Source: Ptychomitrium polyphyllum (lineage: Eukaryota). From it: 60,400 bases of DNA. Location: the NCBI GenBank assembly GCA_973851085.1, contig OZ316775.1:23126001-23186400 (forward strand). The letters run 5' to 3'. Both the position numbers and the translations under genes were made by a program. The notes below the pieces were generated by a model that was not told the origin of the DNA, made no database searches, and worked only from the letters and a program-made list of their open reading frames with translations. The first letter of the stretch is position 1. Each line of letters begins with the position of its first letter. This document shows positions 12,790 to 28,958 of the stretch, one piece after another.

Positions 12790-15700
12790 ATTGCAACATC
12801 AACAAATAAATTATTTGTATTGTTGATAGTTCATTAAATAAAAGAATTGGCTTACTTTCTCAAAAGCACCTTCATTGAAGGAGGCAATGGCTTCTTTTAT
12901 AAATTTTTCTTGCAATCTGATCAAGTAATTATTTACAGATTTTCACTCACTACTTAAAAAATGGTAAATCTGCTTTGCTTTTTAACATCTTGTCAGTTAA
13001 GTGAATGACCCTTGCTAGCTTGAATTTGGCACCATTAACTCAATATTAGATAAAATGTTAGACATGTAAAATACCATGTGATCCAAAATATGTGCAAGAC
13101 TTCCACAAATTAGCCTTTTATGTGTTGAAGCTGGAAAGTAAGGCTAAGATATAAAACTATCATTTATAAGGCTAAATGAAAATGGCAACCAAATTTAGCC
13201 AATCTAGTCTCATAAGCCATTATAACATCTATACAAGCTTTCTTGTAGTTCATCCATAATGGATGTCATTGTTTTAGCTGATGTTTAGGTACTTGTGGCA
13301 ATTGCAACTACAATTTCACTTGATGCTTCAAAGATATAAACATGTGGAATAGAAGTGTTTGCTCCATTATCAAAAGTCACATAATACTATATAAATTGGT
13401 CCAACAAAATCACAATCTTGAATTTCTTCTTAAGCTTTAAAATCTTGGCTTTAGATGTTCTTTCCTTCTTTGACTTAAATTACTTTTATGGACGCAATAT
13501 GAAGCAATAATGTCTAGTGTGGATGAATTTACTATATTGAATACACTTCAATTATTTTGTCTTAGTTTTTTCCTCTAGCTTAGTGAACTTTGTCCTCTTT
13601 ATAAAATACCATATAATTAAGTTCAAATCATATTAGTTAAATTGATAAGTAATTTGAGTAATTATCTTATATACAAAAGCAATTGTATTGCATTCATATA
13701 CATCATCTGACTTCCATTGAATTAGGTTTAATTTATAAAGCTTAAATACAAAGATGTATTGGAAAAAATTTCAAATTATTTAAAAGTTAATGTGTCTATA
13801 GTGTATTTTTTATTTCAAGGATCAGTAATATGAAATAGTAATTTTTAAAATATATGTGTAAATATAATGTTTTTATCCAAATGATGGATCAGTTCAAAAA
13901 ATCATTAAAATAGGGCTGCATCTTTAATTCAACTTTTAAAAATGTTTTATCAATATTTTCATTAATATTACATTGAAAACTGAATGAATGAGTTAATTAA
14001 TCTTATTAATTAAATCACACAGGATTCTAAACTATTTAGAGTTTCAAAGTATCCAACAAAGTTCAAGCTTCGTTTGCAACATTGATGTCTTTTCTTGAAT
14101 TTTAAAAAATATTGGAAGATGTTGAAGGAAGCGTGCTTTCATCATCACTTCTTAAATCACCACTTTGAAATTTCTTGGCTATGTTTTGAAAAGAAACTCA
14201 TTGGTTAAAAGAAACAAAGGTGTGATTGAAATTGGCAAAGAAATTGAATCAGAAGACAAACCATTTGTTGAATTAATTGTTGAATTATTGTTAAGCTGAT
14301 TCATAAAAAACTCTTTTATTAATTCAAATGTTTGTAAAATAAAGCTTATATTAAGTGACCGTTTTTAATACATTTCAAATAAACCCTTTAATAATGATTC
14401 AAAAATTCAAGAATTGCTTTAAATTTGAAGTATTTAATTTATAAAAAATCGAGCACCAATGATTAGCTAAGAAAACAAAGTGAATCTAAACAATTTGTAA
14501 AATATACTCAATTTGATCTCTACTTCTTTATTATGTAAGGTAAGCTTGAATGCAACCTTCTATATCAAGAAGTCTGGCCATGGAGCAAGTTTGCTTCAAA
14601 GCTTTGCAATAATATTCTTCTAACAACAACAAAAGCTTTCAATTTTCTATAGAAGTTTATTGGAATTGGATTTGAATTAAGGTTAATACATCCATTATTT
14701 TATGAATACTTTTGGCAATTAGGTTTGGTTACAATTTTAAGATCAAATGTATTTTCACCAACTCTTATTGGCAATTGAAATAAAACATTAACAAAAATAG
14801 CATGCATATTTTGAACACCACATGAATAAATCATGAATTTTCAAACTTTTGAACATGGAATGCATCAAAAAATAACACTTAACTTGATGTCCAAATGGTT
14901 TATGTTTTAATAATTAGTATGTAGTTATTTCATAATATCATCATTAGCTACATATTAGTGAATGTTATATTTAATATTTAGGTTTTTGTGCTTACAAAAA
15001 GAAACCTTATAGTTCTATTGTTTGCCCTCACATATCAAGCTTACTTTTACTTAAATTTTTTAATCTTTTGTTGTTTTACAATTTTAAATTTTTGCTTTAA
15101 ATTTTTTACAAAAACTTGCTTTAAATGCCATTAAATAAAAGATGTGATGGTAGCCTTACTTGTTTCTCTTAAATGGCAGAAAAATGTCAACAAAAAATAA
15201 TGCAATTTCTCATTTTGGCTCTTTGCATCTAATTAGCGATGTATTTCCATAGACCATTTTTGCAGTTATGTGTGCTCCCATTTACAAAATTTTGTACGTT
15301 TTGGATATAGCACAACTTGTCCCTTTTTTGTGTTAAAAATATGAAATCCACCCGCCATTTTATTTTATAGACATCCCCGGCTTATTCCAACTCGGCTGAA
15401 CCTGCCGCATTCGTTTTTTTGCTTTTACCTAGTAAAAAGCCAGAACTACATTCCTCGCCAGAGAAAAACTACTGACATGCGGCCTTTTCTGTGGTAGGTT
15501 TTCTATTCATCCCCAAATGCTTACGAATGCGGTTTTGATCCTTTTGATGATGCCAGAAGTCGTTTTGGTATACGATTTTATCTCGTTTCTATTTTATTTA
15601 TTATATTTGATTTGGAAGTCACCTTTTTATTTCCTTGGTGCATTTGCACCATTTTTTTTATTTTTTATCTGAAACACTGGAAAAAAAAAATTCAATTGTT

Positions 15701-16125
15701 TGTGTCCTTTCCTTTTTTAAACAAAAAATTCCTACGTGCACTAGAAAGCTCCACATGAAAACACTCAAATATTTTTCATTATTATATTTTATAAATTTCT
15801 ACAATGTTCTTTTTATACTAAAAATTGATGTAAATGCACAAAGACTAATTTCCATAAATACTTGAGAACTTTGAGTATTTAGATCTTTGATGAGCCAATT
15901 AAAGAAACATACGAGATCATAATGAATATTTCAATAAAAAATAAGTAAGTATTTTAGATGGGTTGTAATTCTAATACAATTTCATATTCAAATTGATTCT
16001 CTAAACAATTGTTAAACAACATACATGTATTAATCATGCAATTATGAGTGCGTAAAATAATTTAAGGCTTGCTTCTACTTTTGTAATTATGAATAGTATT
16101 AGTGGTTTGTGACTGTTTTCTAAGT

Positions 16126-16271
16126 TGTAAATAGGTTCTTAATTCTAGTCCTCGTTTAATGAATTAAGTACTTATCATTTGCAATCTTAAAAGCTAGCTG
16201 TAAATAGGTTCTTAATTCTAGTCCTCGTTTAATGAATTAAGTACTTATCATTTGCAATCTTAAAAGCTAGC
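16126..16271. repeat. Perfect 73-bp tandem duplication
   Basis: TGTAAATAGG...AAGCTAGC occurs at 16126 and 16199. Confidence 0.9.
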
Positions 16272-19200
16272 AACCATTGATTGATTTCAAAAATTACCTA
16301 TCAATTTCAGCATGACAGAGTTAAATAATTATTAATTTTTATATTCAACAAAGCATTCAACTGCGTAAATATATAATTTTTCATTTCAGATATTTACTAA
16401 AATCCATTGTGATTATTTTTTTAAACAAAACTAAAGTTAGTAAAAACTATTATTTTTTATTTTTTTTAAAATGAATTTGGTTTTTTATTATAGAAGGGTT
16501 AAAATGTCATAATATCCAAATTTATCCATTTTGAATTCGTATGTAATCAATTTAAAAATCTTATAAAAATATCTTAATTCTCTTATAAATAATAGGATTG
16601 AATATAATTTTAGCAAATAATCTCACAATACATACATGTAATTCTTTTGCAACAAAATCAAATTAATCTAGTTTTAAAATAGATTTTGTAAACTCCATTA
16701 GGGTTTTAAGTGGTTTGGTGTCAAATTTCCAAAAAAACAAATATACACATTTGAAGTCTTAACAATTTGCATTGCAAAAGAAAACTAAAGAAATTATTTT
16801 TATTTTATTTTATCAATGTTAAACAATTGGATATTTTTAATTATCCATTATTTCAAATTTTAAATTTAAAGCGTGGTGTGTGGAAAATTTATTATTTGAT
16901 TGAATTTTACAAATGACGTCATTTTTATGTCATATTTCCAAAGAATGTTGTATGATTTTTACATTATATTTTTATATTATATTATATTATATATAACCAT
17001 TGAATATGTCAAATTATGTATCAATAATCAAGTATATTTTCTAACTCTTAACCTATTTCAGTAAGTATATAGATTTTTTTTGAAAAACTAGTATGATATT
17101 TTTAACAAACAAACAAAATCATTCAAAATACTTTTTAAAATGAATAAATGTAATCATTAAAGTTATTTATGTATTCATGTAATAATTTGATAAAAGTGAA
17201 ACATAAAAATTACAATAGATTTAAATATTAAAATATATACTATTTTGTTGTTAAAAGAATAATTATTATAATATTTATAGTTTATTTAATCAGCAATTTA
17301 TTCCTTCTGAAAATCCTTATTAATTGATAAGAAAAATAATCTTAATCCATAATGTTATACGCATTTTATAATAAACATATCATTAAAAGCAGCATATTTT
17401 AATGCTATCAGTCAATATGACTTCATTGATTTATAAAAATTAACTTGTGTAAATATTACTGAAAATAAATCTTCTAAATGATATATTCTACATTTTCATG
17501 TAGTCTGCAACATTAAAGCCACTCAATAACAATGAATATAAAATACAAAGTTTTAGAATGTTTTTATGATACTCGTTTTTGAAGCGAAGTTGAAAATCAC
17601 AATGTGAAACAAAGCTATTTTTGGTTGGATTTTACATGATGTCAGAAGGGACTGATGCAGAAACATGTGAGCCTATTAATGCAAAGATCAATTTAGATCC
17701 AACAATTCCAAGTAAATTTCCATTTGCTAGAGAAGTACACGAGCAAATTGATGCAAATACCAATACAATTGCAAGTGAAGTACAGTTTACTCATACAACA
17801 ACAAACACAGATTCCGAAGTTCCAGCTTCTACCTTTAATTTAAAACATGTTGAATTTGCAGATGTTGCTACAAGTACAACAGATATTACATCTGAAACGT
17901 TGATAGTAAATGATGATGATTCTGATGCAAAATCTTTGCATTCTATAATTCACAATTAGATGAAGAATTTTATGACCCAATTCGAAATGGTACAGAAATA
18001 GAAGATCCTTCAAAAGATGAACATTATTTAGTGCAGGATTTAGCATGTACAAAAGGTTCAAACGATAATGCTAAAAATGAGAATCATGCGAATGAATCAA
18101 AACCATCAAAGTCAACTTCTTTGCAGTGTGAACGTTCTAGAGCACCATCTCCTAAAAAAGTGATACCATTTTTTTTTAATAATTGAGAGGGTAAGAACAA
18201 AAAAAATGCAAAAAATATAGATAAACATTGTGGAGCTCCTCCAAAACATGTTGTAAATGATCTTTCGGTTAAAATAAATTTAGAAGATTTACATTGTAAA
18301 TCTCATCAAAATTTTGAAGAAGAATTATGGGAAATTTCTGATCAAAAACACATTACAAGAACTTTACCTTTTCGATCAAATAAAGTTGAGGGTTCTCCAA
18401 ACTCTCAACCAAACAAGTCTGATGAACATTGCAAATCACAGCATGATGAAGTTACAAAGGTGTTCAATGTTTCCAGTAAAATACAAGTTAATTCAGATCT
18501 ACCAAATTTTCAATCAAAATTATTAGACAAACATTGCAAATCTCATAAACCCGAATCACCTAAATCTGAAACTGAAACACCAAAGATTCTAAAATCTCAA
18601 TCTCCGTGCACAAAAGCGACCCTAAACCTATTTTAAAGGTTGGTGAAACAAAAGAGTTTGCTGTAAAAGAAAAGAAAAGGCTAGGCAATTTAATAAAAAT
18701 AAAAATAAATTTTGCTCAAAATCAAAAAGCCCAAGGTCTACTATTTTCAGATCTCCTAGGACTCCAATATCTCCTAGGTTTCTAAGATGTTCAAGGGATA
18801 GGAATCCTACACCACCAAGTTCAAGACATTATAACAATCCTAATGCTTTAAAACCACTTAAAGCATGTGCTTATAAACCAAATGTTGAATACCCTTATCT
18901 ATGGACTATGCCTTTTCTTAATGTGCATTATGATGACATTGAAGTTGATAGTTTGCCTACAATACCAAGATATTGTTTTCATGATAAAAAACCACTTCTT
19001 CAAAAAGATAGAAGATTTTCACCAAGATTGCAAGGTCAACCATATAAATTAATTAATGAATTGAATGATTCTTTATTATCATCTTTTTTGGATTGCCAAT
19101 GATGTCAAAGAATCGCAACACAAAAAAATAGCTAATTATATTGTTCAAGATTTTCCTTCATTAAAATTATCAAAAAAATCAAAATCATTGCAATCCTCAC

Positions 19201-20570
19201 CACTTTCAGAATTAGCTTCTATAACATCAAGAAAATTGTAAATATCACTAGTTTCATTATTAAATCAATCACAACAATAAATTGTGAATACAAAGTATGC
19301 ATGTGTATATTTTTATTTGATTTTTATTAATCTTTATAATTCCAATTTTGATTTTCAAGTATAATGACAAATATAAAATAATTTTGAAAACCATGATATA
19401 ATTTAAATGAATTGAATTTATTGTGAGTTTTTATTATTTTATCCATAATTATATGTATTGATTATAATTTAATTGATTATATTGTGCAAATGATGTAATT
19501 TATAATGTAGTGATGTAGATGACAAAAAATCTCCAACAAATGCTACATTATTGATTAACAAAAATAAAGATATATATGATAGTAATAAAGATTTTGATAA
19601 GTATTTGCTACTAAAACTTGGAACAAGTTTTAAAACATCCATTTGGAAATCAAATAAAAGTAATCCAAATTTAAATTCTAATCCATACGCTTGTGATTAT
19701 TGTGATTATCTGTCAAAGAAACCTAAAAACCTAAAGACCACATTTCACCTCCAACAAAGACCAAAAAAACAAAATACAAAATTAAAAAATCAACATGTGG
19801 ATGCAATTGTGGTAAAAGAAAACTATCTAAAAAACAGATTCAAAAGGAGGTCAATAAACATATTATTGATGAGGTTCCTAAAGACACGGTAATGGTTACG
19901 GAAGGAGAAAATAAAATTTCAAAAATAGTAAAAGTAAATGGAATGAAATTTAATGTAGCAGTTACTGGAGGAAAGAAAGGATCAATAGTTTCGTATAAGA
20001 TTTTAATTTTGATGCTAAAACATAAAAAGAATCTTCAAAAGACTATATCAAAAGATGATAGAATTAATATAAATAAAATTCCAAGTGGAGAGAAAAGCAT
20101 CTGTAGCTGTTTTGAACATTTAAAAAAATAAATCAAATTCAAACTCTATTCTAAATAATGAAGTTTCTTTTAAGTTCAAAATCTACTGAAAGCAATACTA
20201 TTTTGGTCGCAATACCAAAATTAAGGATTTCAAATGAAGTTCTATTATTTCACCAACCTTTTTCAGCTTGGGATGATGATTTTGAATAAAACCAACTTAC
20301 ATGGATAATACCAAGCAATAATTTGAAAGTTCAAACAAATTGGTATATGATATACAGAAAGAAAATGTTAAAAATGTAGCATTGTACATTGGATTTGTTG
20401 AAATTGATTTTTGTAAGAAAACCCTTTTGCAAAAGGAAATTGAAAATTTTATTCCTCATTTAATTTTATTCCATGTGCCAAGTTTAAATAGAAGGAGGCT
20501 AAGTTTTGATCTTATTTTTTAATGTGTCAAATTTGTTAGCCATCAAATTTTGCAAACCAAACTCTATACT

Positions 20571-20695
20571 TGGAGCTCAACTTTTAACCTTTTTCTGGAG
20601 CTCAACTTTTAACCTTTTTCTGGAGCTCAACTTTTAACCTTTTTCTGGAGCTCAACTTTTAACCTTTTTCTGGAGCTCAACTTTTAACCTTTTTC
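20571..20695. repeat. 25-bp minisatellite, 5 copies
   Basis: TGGAGCTCAACTTTTAACCTTTTTC repeated five times. Confidence 0.9.
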
Positions 20696-23158
20696 TGCTT
20701 TGTAAAGTCTTTTTGGTCTTTAATTATCTTGATAGATTTCAGTTTTATTATCAAATCAAATATTATATTTTGGCAAATGCTAATAATAAGAACTACCAAA
20801 TATTTTTCATTCAAATAAAATACACGTTTGATTATTTGATGATAGAAGATTTCTAAAAACATTTTGCTATATTAATTTAGGATTGATTTTTGTATTGTGT
20901 CTTAAATCATATCTAGTACATTTTGATTTGTTGATATTATGTGTTTGTTGTGGTCACATGAGTATATGAGACAGTATATAAATTACATCAAATGAAATTA
21001 AAATTATGATTGATTTTAAATGAAATTAAAATTGTATTGAACTCTAAAATCTACTCTTGTTTATACTTAAGAGCCCTAACATATCATAACATTTGTGTAT
21101 TTATACTTGATCCTTTAAGAATTAAAAAATTTTATTTCTTTTTTGAAAATTAATTTGAAAAAGATCTTGTAGGCAATTAAAAGAGGATGACATTCATTAT
21201 AAGATGCATCATTTAAATAAAATATAAATAATATATAATAATTCAAAAATATTAAGTTTGTGTATTATAAATGGATGTATTATACATAAATTTGAAGGTT
21301 TGTTATTTAGGTTGTATACACCCTTACATTAATGATGTTTACTTTCATAATCAATGTATGTTTATTTATCAAAATTTAATAAAAATTGTATTAAAAAATA
21401 GCTTTGTAGAAGAACCATACAATTCAATGTAAAATTATAATTACACATTTATAAAAACATATTTTTGGCTCTTAATGATGAAGATAGAAGATTGGCATTT
21501 TTTCACCTATAATTTAAGGTTATTCTAAATCAATTTTAAAGTTCATAAAACTCTAAATATTAAGAATTTGAGCCTTGATGTATCTATACATCACATTTGC
21601 ATCCTACACACTGAGTTTTTTAAATTTAAACAAATTAACAATAAAACTTGGTATTTTTTAGTATTATTTAAAAATAACATTTTAATTTAGACATAAAACA
21701 ATTATGCATACTTTAAATGAAAATAGCCAAGTAGATGTAATGATGATGTTCATCAAAATTATAATTTAAGAATCCTCTAACACTTCTAAAATAATGACAA
21801 TGAAAATAATGCATTTAAGATAAAGAAGGTTAATTTTGATTTGTTTAAATTCTAAAAGCATTTCAAAATAATAATTTCCATTTTAAAGCATCTTTTAACT
21901 TATCTATCTTTATTCAGCTTTAAAAAAATAAACAATCACTGCCTTTTTTAAATAGCTATATATAAATTAGAAGGATTTTATTTATTGTGACATCCTTGAA
22001 ACTTTAGGTGTTTATTGTTATTTTAAAATGTAATAATGAAATCTTCAAAGAAATATATTTGAAAACTCATAATTCACTCATATTGTCTTGAAAAATGATA
22101 AAATTCTTTGATTATGACTCACTATAAATAAAAAATAAGATAATTATTATGTTCTTTTTATGGTATAAAAAATGATATATTTTAGAATATTAGGCTTGAT
22201 TATTTAAAGAAATTAATTCAAATATTATAAATTTTAATTTATAAATCTATCTTTTAGAAAAATACAACCTATAAGCTTTATTTATGTTATTTTAATACAT
22301 TATCTATGGAATCGAATATAATTCTAGCAACTGTTCTTTGATAAATCAATCAATACTAACCATTTTAATGCTTACTACTTGTTTTTTAAAAGAATTGCTT
22401 GTGGTTGAATAATAATTCTTTTGAAAGATTTTTAAATACACTCCAATTCAATTAAGTAAAATTTTATACCAAATTTTAATTATATCAATTCAAATTAAAT
22501 TCCATAAAATGGACTTTTCAAAATAAAACAATTTGATGTTATTTTGATAATATAAAATATTTTATTTATAGAAGGTAATGATATCAATAAAAAGTTGCAA
22601 ATTCTATTTAATATAGATTCTAAAATACTTAATAAAATAATATGACGAATTATGAAATATTCTTTTTAAAATTATAAATTATGATTTTGATAAATATCTT
22701 TAGGCAAATTCTTTAAAAAGCACTATTTGAAGATATTAAACGTTTTTGAAAATTAAAAAGTACATGTGATTTTCACACATTATTCTTTAAAAATAAATTT
22801 TGTTAAAAATTTAGAAAAGGTGCACAAATCAAATACTATATTTTCCATTTTAATTTATTTGTATTCATTGGATATTTAGAGTTAATAACAAATTAATTGA
22901 ATGTAGTATTGAATTTGATTAATTTCTTAACTTGAAATAGTTTTTGGAAATTTCAATTTGATAATAAAAATATTGAAATGATTAAATGCTTTGACAATAT
23001 AAATTGGTTGGAGCATTATTACTTCTATGCAATTTTTGATTGCTTAGTGTTTTAAAGAAATATGGCAAAGAAACTTGCATGTATGATATTTTTGATTTAA
23101 AAAAACAATTTGGAATATTTATTAAAAAATTTAATATGAAATAGTTGCACATTGCACT

Positions 23159-26100
23159 TGTTAGGAACGTAAAAAATTAGAAGTAGAAACGAAGTGTTTT
23201 CCAAGAATTAACTTCTAAAGAGCTAATGATTAACAAAAACTTGATACAAAAACTAGAATAAGGCGGAATACAAGATGATCCACAACTTTTATTGGCAAGA
23301 CTAAAGAATACCTTGTTTTGCCTCTTATTTATACTATGAAGCTTGTATCTTCTAGAATATATCTAAAGAGGCTTCCTACAAGGCTTAAGAACGTTCTAAA
23401 AGTCTATGGAACCTTTCCAAGAAGTTTTCTAAGGTATTGGAACCTTCGTAAGAAACTTCCAAGGATTTGGAACCTTTATAGGAAATTTCCTAAGGTGGTA
23501 GAATCTTCTTAGGAAGTTTCCTAAAGAGCTAGAACCCTTGTAGGAAATTTCCTGAGGTAATGGAATTTTCTTAGGAAGTTTCTAGAGGTGGTAAAACCTA
23601 CTTAGGAAGTTTCCAAAGAACGTAGAAAGGGCTATGAAGACATTTGAAAGTATTATAAGAATCTACTATAGTATACTAGAAGATTCTAGAAGGTTCTAAA
23701 GACTATATTGTATAATCTATGTTCGTAACATCACCTTCCCATTTAACAACGAGGTATATCCATGATAACGCGAAGATTTGACATACTAGCTAGGATCTAG
23801 AAATGATTTATCTTGAAAATAATGTTGCATACAATTGGAGGTTTGGATATTTTTCCTCTCTTCTTATACTTGTCTATGAAGGAAAAAATTCTCTATGAAG
23901 CTAATAACTACTGATAATACGTTATCACTAACCTGATTTCTGAGGATATCTTTGATGAAATTTGCATATCGTCTCAAATGCATTTGTTATTTTATTGAAG
24001 GTTCTCATGTTTGGTCATTGATGCCATATCCTTATTAATGTATAAAATATTCCACACCTCAATTTTTGATGCATGAATCTAAGATTTCTTCGACTTCATA
24101 CTCCATTTCATTATTAATTTGTAGCAGAGGAGGCGGAGAAACAACCTTCTCCTGTATACATGACTTCTTGTAGGTTTTCAATAATGATACCTGAAACACT
24201 AGAAGAATTTGCATAGTTGGTGGAATTTGAGGTGATAACTGATTGGATTTATTTGTTTGTTGATTTCAAACAGTTCCAGCCTTTAATAGTCGAGCTTTTT
24301 TGACAGTCTTTTTGTTTGTATGTTTTGTCGTAGGAGCCATACGCTATTCCCAACCTTGAACTTTGGATGGTCCTTTTGATGATAATTTGTATAAGTTTTG
24401 TACCTATCTTGAGCTTATTGTAATTGAAAGCAAGTTTTTGGTGGATTTTAGTAAGTTGAGTTGTTAAATCTTTTGCTGTAGGACTTTCAACATGTTTGAT
24501 TTGAAATGGATCCGCTCGAGGATGATGGCCATAGTTTGCAAAGAATGAATTTTGAATTGTTGAAGAATGCATTGTATTGTTGTAAGCAAACTCTATTAAA
24601 GGCAAGAGGTTCATTCAATTGATTCACATGTTCGGTTTGACCATCAGGTTGTGGGTGGTTTGACCATCAGCCTTTGAAGAAAAATTGATCTTCATGTGCA
24701 ACAACTGGAAGAGAGCCCTCCAAAAGTTGGAATGAAATTGTGGCCCTTGATCAAATACAATATCATTTGGTAGTCCATGTATACGGTAGTCGTGATTTAG
24801 AAATAATTTGGTAGTTTCTTCTCTCGTTACTGTCTTGTTGCATGGAATGAAATGTGCCATTTTGATAAATTAAACTACCACTACTAAAATATAATCCTTA
24901 GAATCAAAGTTTGGAAGGTCTATGATATAATCCATTGATAATGACAACCATTGATCTTTTGGCATTGGAAGCGGATGGAGGAGACAATGAGGTTGTTGTC
25001 TTGGTATCTTGGCCTTTGCACAAGTGTCGCATGATCAAACAAAGTCCTTCACATATTTCCACATTTGCAGCTACTAATGGTCTTTAACAATCAACTCCAT
25101 TGTTTTATTAAATCCAATATGCCCTGCTGCTAGAAAATTATGACGTGCTTGGCGGATCTTCAATAACAAGGAACTTGGAGGTAGGTACAAAAGTTCTTTA
25201 TAATAAAGTAGGCCCTCTTGGAAATCAAAGTCCTCATCGCTATTTAAAAGAACTTTGTTGTCTTTGAGGCGGCTTCTTATATTTGAAACAAAGTTATCAT
25301 TCTTTAAGGCCCTCCAAATTTTGTCAAGATGGAATGTTGTGGTAATAATTGTTGCTTTCAATTGAAGATTATGTGGCTTTAATGAAATAGTCCTTTGTTG
25401 ATCTCAAACATCATCTCCAAGTTGAGGAACTAAGTAAGATCTTTGAGATTAAGGCATCTGGCTTATCTTGTAGGCTACCAGATTGATAGATAATGATAAA
25501 GTCAAATTTAAAAATCAACATATTTTACCTTGCTTGACGGCAAATCAAAACGCCGCACTCATGAAATACTCCAAGTTCTTGTGGTTTGTGTATGTCGTGA
25601 TGGTATATTGAGATCCTTCTAACAAATGTTGCCATTCCTTAAATGCATCTACAATTGCAAGTAATTCCTTATCATGTATATTATAATTAATCTTTGCTGC
25701 TGAGAACTACCTTGAACAAAAGGCAATAGGGTGGAGTCTCCCGTCTTTATCATATTGTGAGAGTACTGAGCCAAGTGCAAAATCTGAGGCATCCGCTTCT
25801 AAATAGAAAGGCTTTGATGGATTTGAATGAATAAGGATAGGAGCCGACGTGAATGACTTCTTAAGACTTTGAAATGCTTTTTCTACCTTTTCATTTCAAG
25901 TGAATTTTTGCTTTTCCGTAAGCCATGTCAATGATGCTATGATCTTAGAATAATCCTTGATGTGTATCCTATAGAAGTTTGCAAATTCCAAAAAGCATTG
26001 AACATTTTGAATTGACCTTGGCGTACTCCACTTCATGATAATGCTTATCTTTTTCTCATCCATATGGATTCCTCCTTTGAAAATGATGTAGTTTAAAAAT

Positions 26101-28958
26101 TCAACCAAAGATTCATAAAGGCACTTCTCCAATTTGGCATATAATCCTCGCTAATATAGTTTTTCTAAAACTAATTGTACATGACATTTGTGGTCTTATT
26201 CATCCTTTGAGTATATCAAAATGCCATCCAAGTAGATGACTAGAAACTCGTCCAAGTGTTCATAGAAGATATCATTTATCATGTATTAAAAGACTGTAGG
26301 GGCATTAATAAGGCCAAAAGATGAATTAGTATAGCAATTTTTTTTGGATACTTTATTGAAGCCTCAATAGCCCACACACATACGTAATGATCCATCTTTT
26401 TTCTTTATAAATAGAACGGGTGCTCTAGCAGATGATTTAGAGTGTTGAATAAAGCCATTTCCGAGGTTTTCATCAATATATTCTCTCAAGGCAGTAAACT
26501 TGGTTTGTGATAGGTTAGAAATAGATCCAAAAGGTGGTTGGACTCTTCTTGCAAGTCAATGGCACAATAATAAGATTAATGATTTGATAAAATGTTCGCA
26601 TTCTTTTTCTCAAAAATGTCTTTATAATTTTAATATTGACGAGGCATGTTTCAATCAGTCTCTACTATAGAATTGGACAGTGGTGTGGCATAAATGGCAT
26701 AGATTAATTCATCTTTTGCCGCTCTCATGAATGCCTTGGTTCCAATAAATGATGGCCCAAGATTTCTTGTAACTTGACGTTTTTTCTTTAAGACCACCAT
26801 CCGTAAACGCCAATTAGTGTTTGGATTATGTAATTCAAATCAAGGAAGGTCCAAAATAATAAGATTTGTTTAGCATTGAATGATATTGAATACAATTTTA
26901 CATGCTTAGTCCCCTAAAACAACCTCCAAGGATTGAGTTTCTTTAATAACGTTGCCAAATGCAAGAGATTGTTCATCAATAACTTCTGCAGGTGCAGAAT
27001 ATTTTTATTTACAAGCACCATGTGATGTTTGATTGCAAAATCCTTATCTATAAAGCATATTGTTGCATCAGTGTCCAAAAGAGCTTTATTAATTATCTCA
27101 TCATCTAACAATTTAATTTTGATAGGAAATGTAAAACAAGAGGTAAGGCTTGAAGGTAGTAAGAGACCTTGATTTGATGGTTGTTTTTTTGTGGTGTCCA
27201 GTTGCATAGTTCCTACTGTGATTGAATAACCTTATTTTTCAACTACACCATTGTGCTTTGAGCTGCAAAGGCAGATCCTTTGATTTGGCAACTATGCATT
27301 TTATGTCCAGATTTGTGACAATACAAATATAGGTTTCTTCTTTAATGCCTTTCATTTTCTTTTGGAGTCAATTGTCTTAACTCAGGCAACATCAATTTGC
27401 ATAGGTTCTAATGCTTGTGGTTGGTTTTTCAATACTTTTAAAGAAGTAGTTGCCATACTTTGATGTACTGGTCGCCATCCCAAGCATTGTTCTTGGTGCC
27501 TCTTAAATAATCTATTGTCATATGCTATTGCTTGAGTAATGAATTCGTCCAGTGATTCAACTTTTGGCATTGTGAGTTGCAAGTCCTTCACGTTCTCTCT
27601 TAAGCTCTATTGGAATCGTGTGACCAAGGCCTTATTATTCCAATGAAAGTTGCAAACTAGTTCTCAAAACTCTGTAGTATATGCAGCAGCTGAGCGCTGT
27701 CCTTGTTGTAGACTATGGATCCTTGTCTCAATTACCATTTCTTGGGCGGTGTCTCCAAAAGTAGATGTCAATGTTCTTATAAAAGCATCTAAGTTGCTCA
27801 ATAATGGTGATTGCTTTTTTATTAGTAATACAAACCACTATAGAACGTTGTTTGATAGAAAAGTAGCAAAAAACTCCACTTGAGTAGTACCATCATAATA
27901 ACAAAATTGATGCAAACTAAGGAAGAGCCTTACTTGTTAAATAAAGCCTCTCAACTTTGATCTTGATCTATTGAACTTGTCAAGCATGCTAATCTTTAAT
28001 TCTGCATGGATTTGACGTAAGCCTTTTCTTCCAATATTGGCCTCTTGCATATGAACAACCTCTTGATATAGACTTTGAATATTGCCATTGGATTATTCAG
28101 CTTGCCGAGTATATTGCTCTAAATTGTTTGTAGTGTTGAAGCTAGCGTATTCCATTCTAATTATGTTTAATAACTCTTAAAGGTCTGTAGTAATTGCAAA
28201 CCTATTCTTTAATGTTCCAGGTACATTATCCATTACTTAAAATTGTCAAAGACAAGAAGACTATAGATACCCTCAAAGAAGGGTCATTTGCAACTTTTAA
28301 GATGCTATGGAATCCTAAAGAAGAAAAATAATTGACAATCTCCTTCAAAGAACCTTAGCTCTGACAAAAAGTAGTCGTGCCAAATTGTTAAAAACATAAG
28401 AAATTAGAAGGAGAAACGAAGTATTTCTCAAGAATTAGCTTCCAAAGAGCTAATGATTAACAAGAGTTTAATACAAAGACTAGAACAAGGCAAAATACAA
28501 GATGATCCACAATTTATATTGGCAAGACTAAGGAATACCTTGTCTTGTTTTTTATTTATACTATGATGCTTGTATCTTCTAGGATACTTAAAAAGAAGCT
28601 CCCTATAAGGCTTAAGAATGTTCTAAAAGTATATGGAATCTTTTCAAGAAGTTTCCTAAGATGTTGGAACCTTCATAAGAAGCTTTTAGGGATTTGAAAC
28701 CTTCCTTGAGAGTTTTATAAGGTGGTGGAACCTTCTTAGGAAGTTTTCTAAAGAGCTAGAATCTTTATAGGAAGTTTTTTTGAGGTAATGGAATCTTTCT
28801 ATGAAGTTTTCTGAGGTGGTGAAATTTTCCTAGGAAGTTTCCAAAGAATGTAGAAACGACTATGGAGACATTTGAAAGTCTTATATGAAACAATTATAAT
28901 ATATTAGAAGGTTCTAGAATGTTCTAAAGGCTATGTTGCATGATTTATGTCCGTGACA
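23159..28958 (-). mobile_element. More decayed copy of the same gypsy chromovirus family, inverted
   Basis: LTRs 28386-28958 and 23159-23730, near-TSD GCACT/TCACT, polypurine tract next to 23730. Fragmented gag/pol ORFs match element 1, with an internal RT deletion near 26330. Confidence 0.93.
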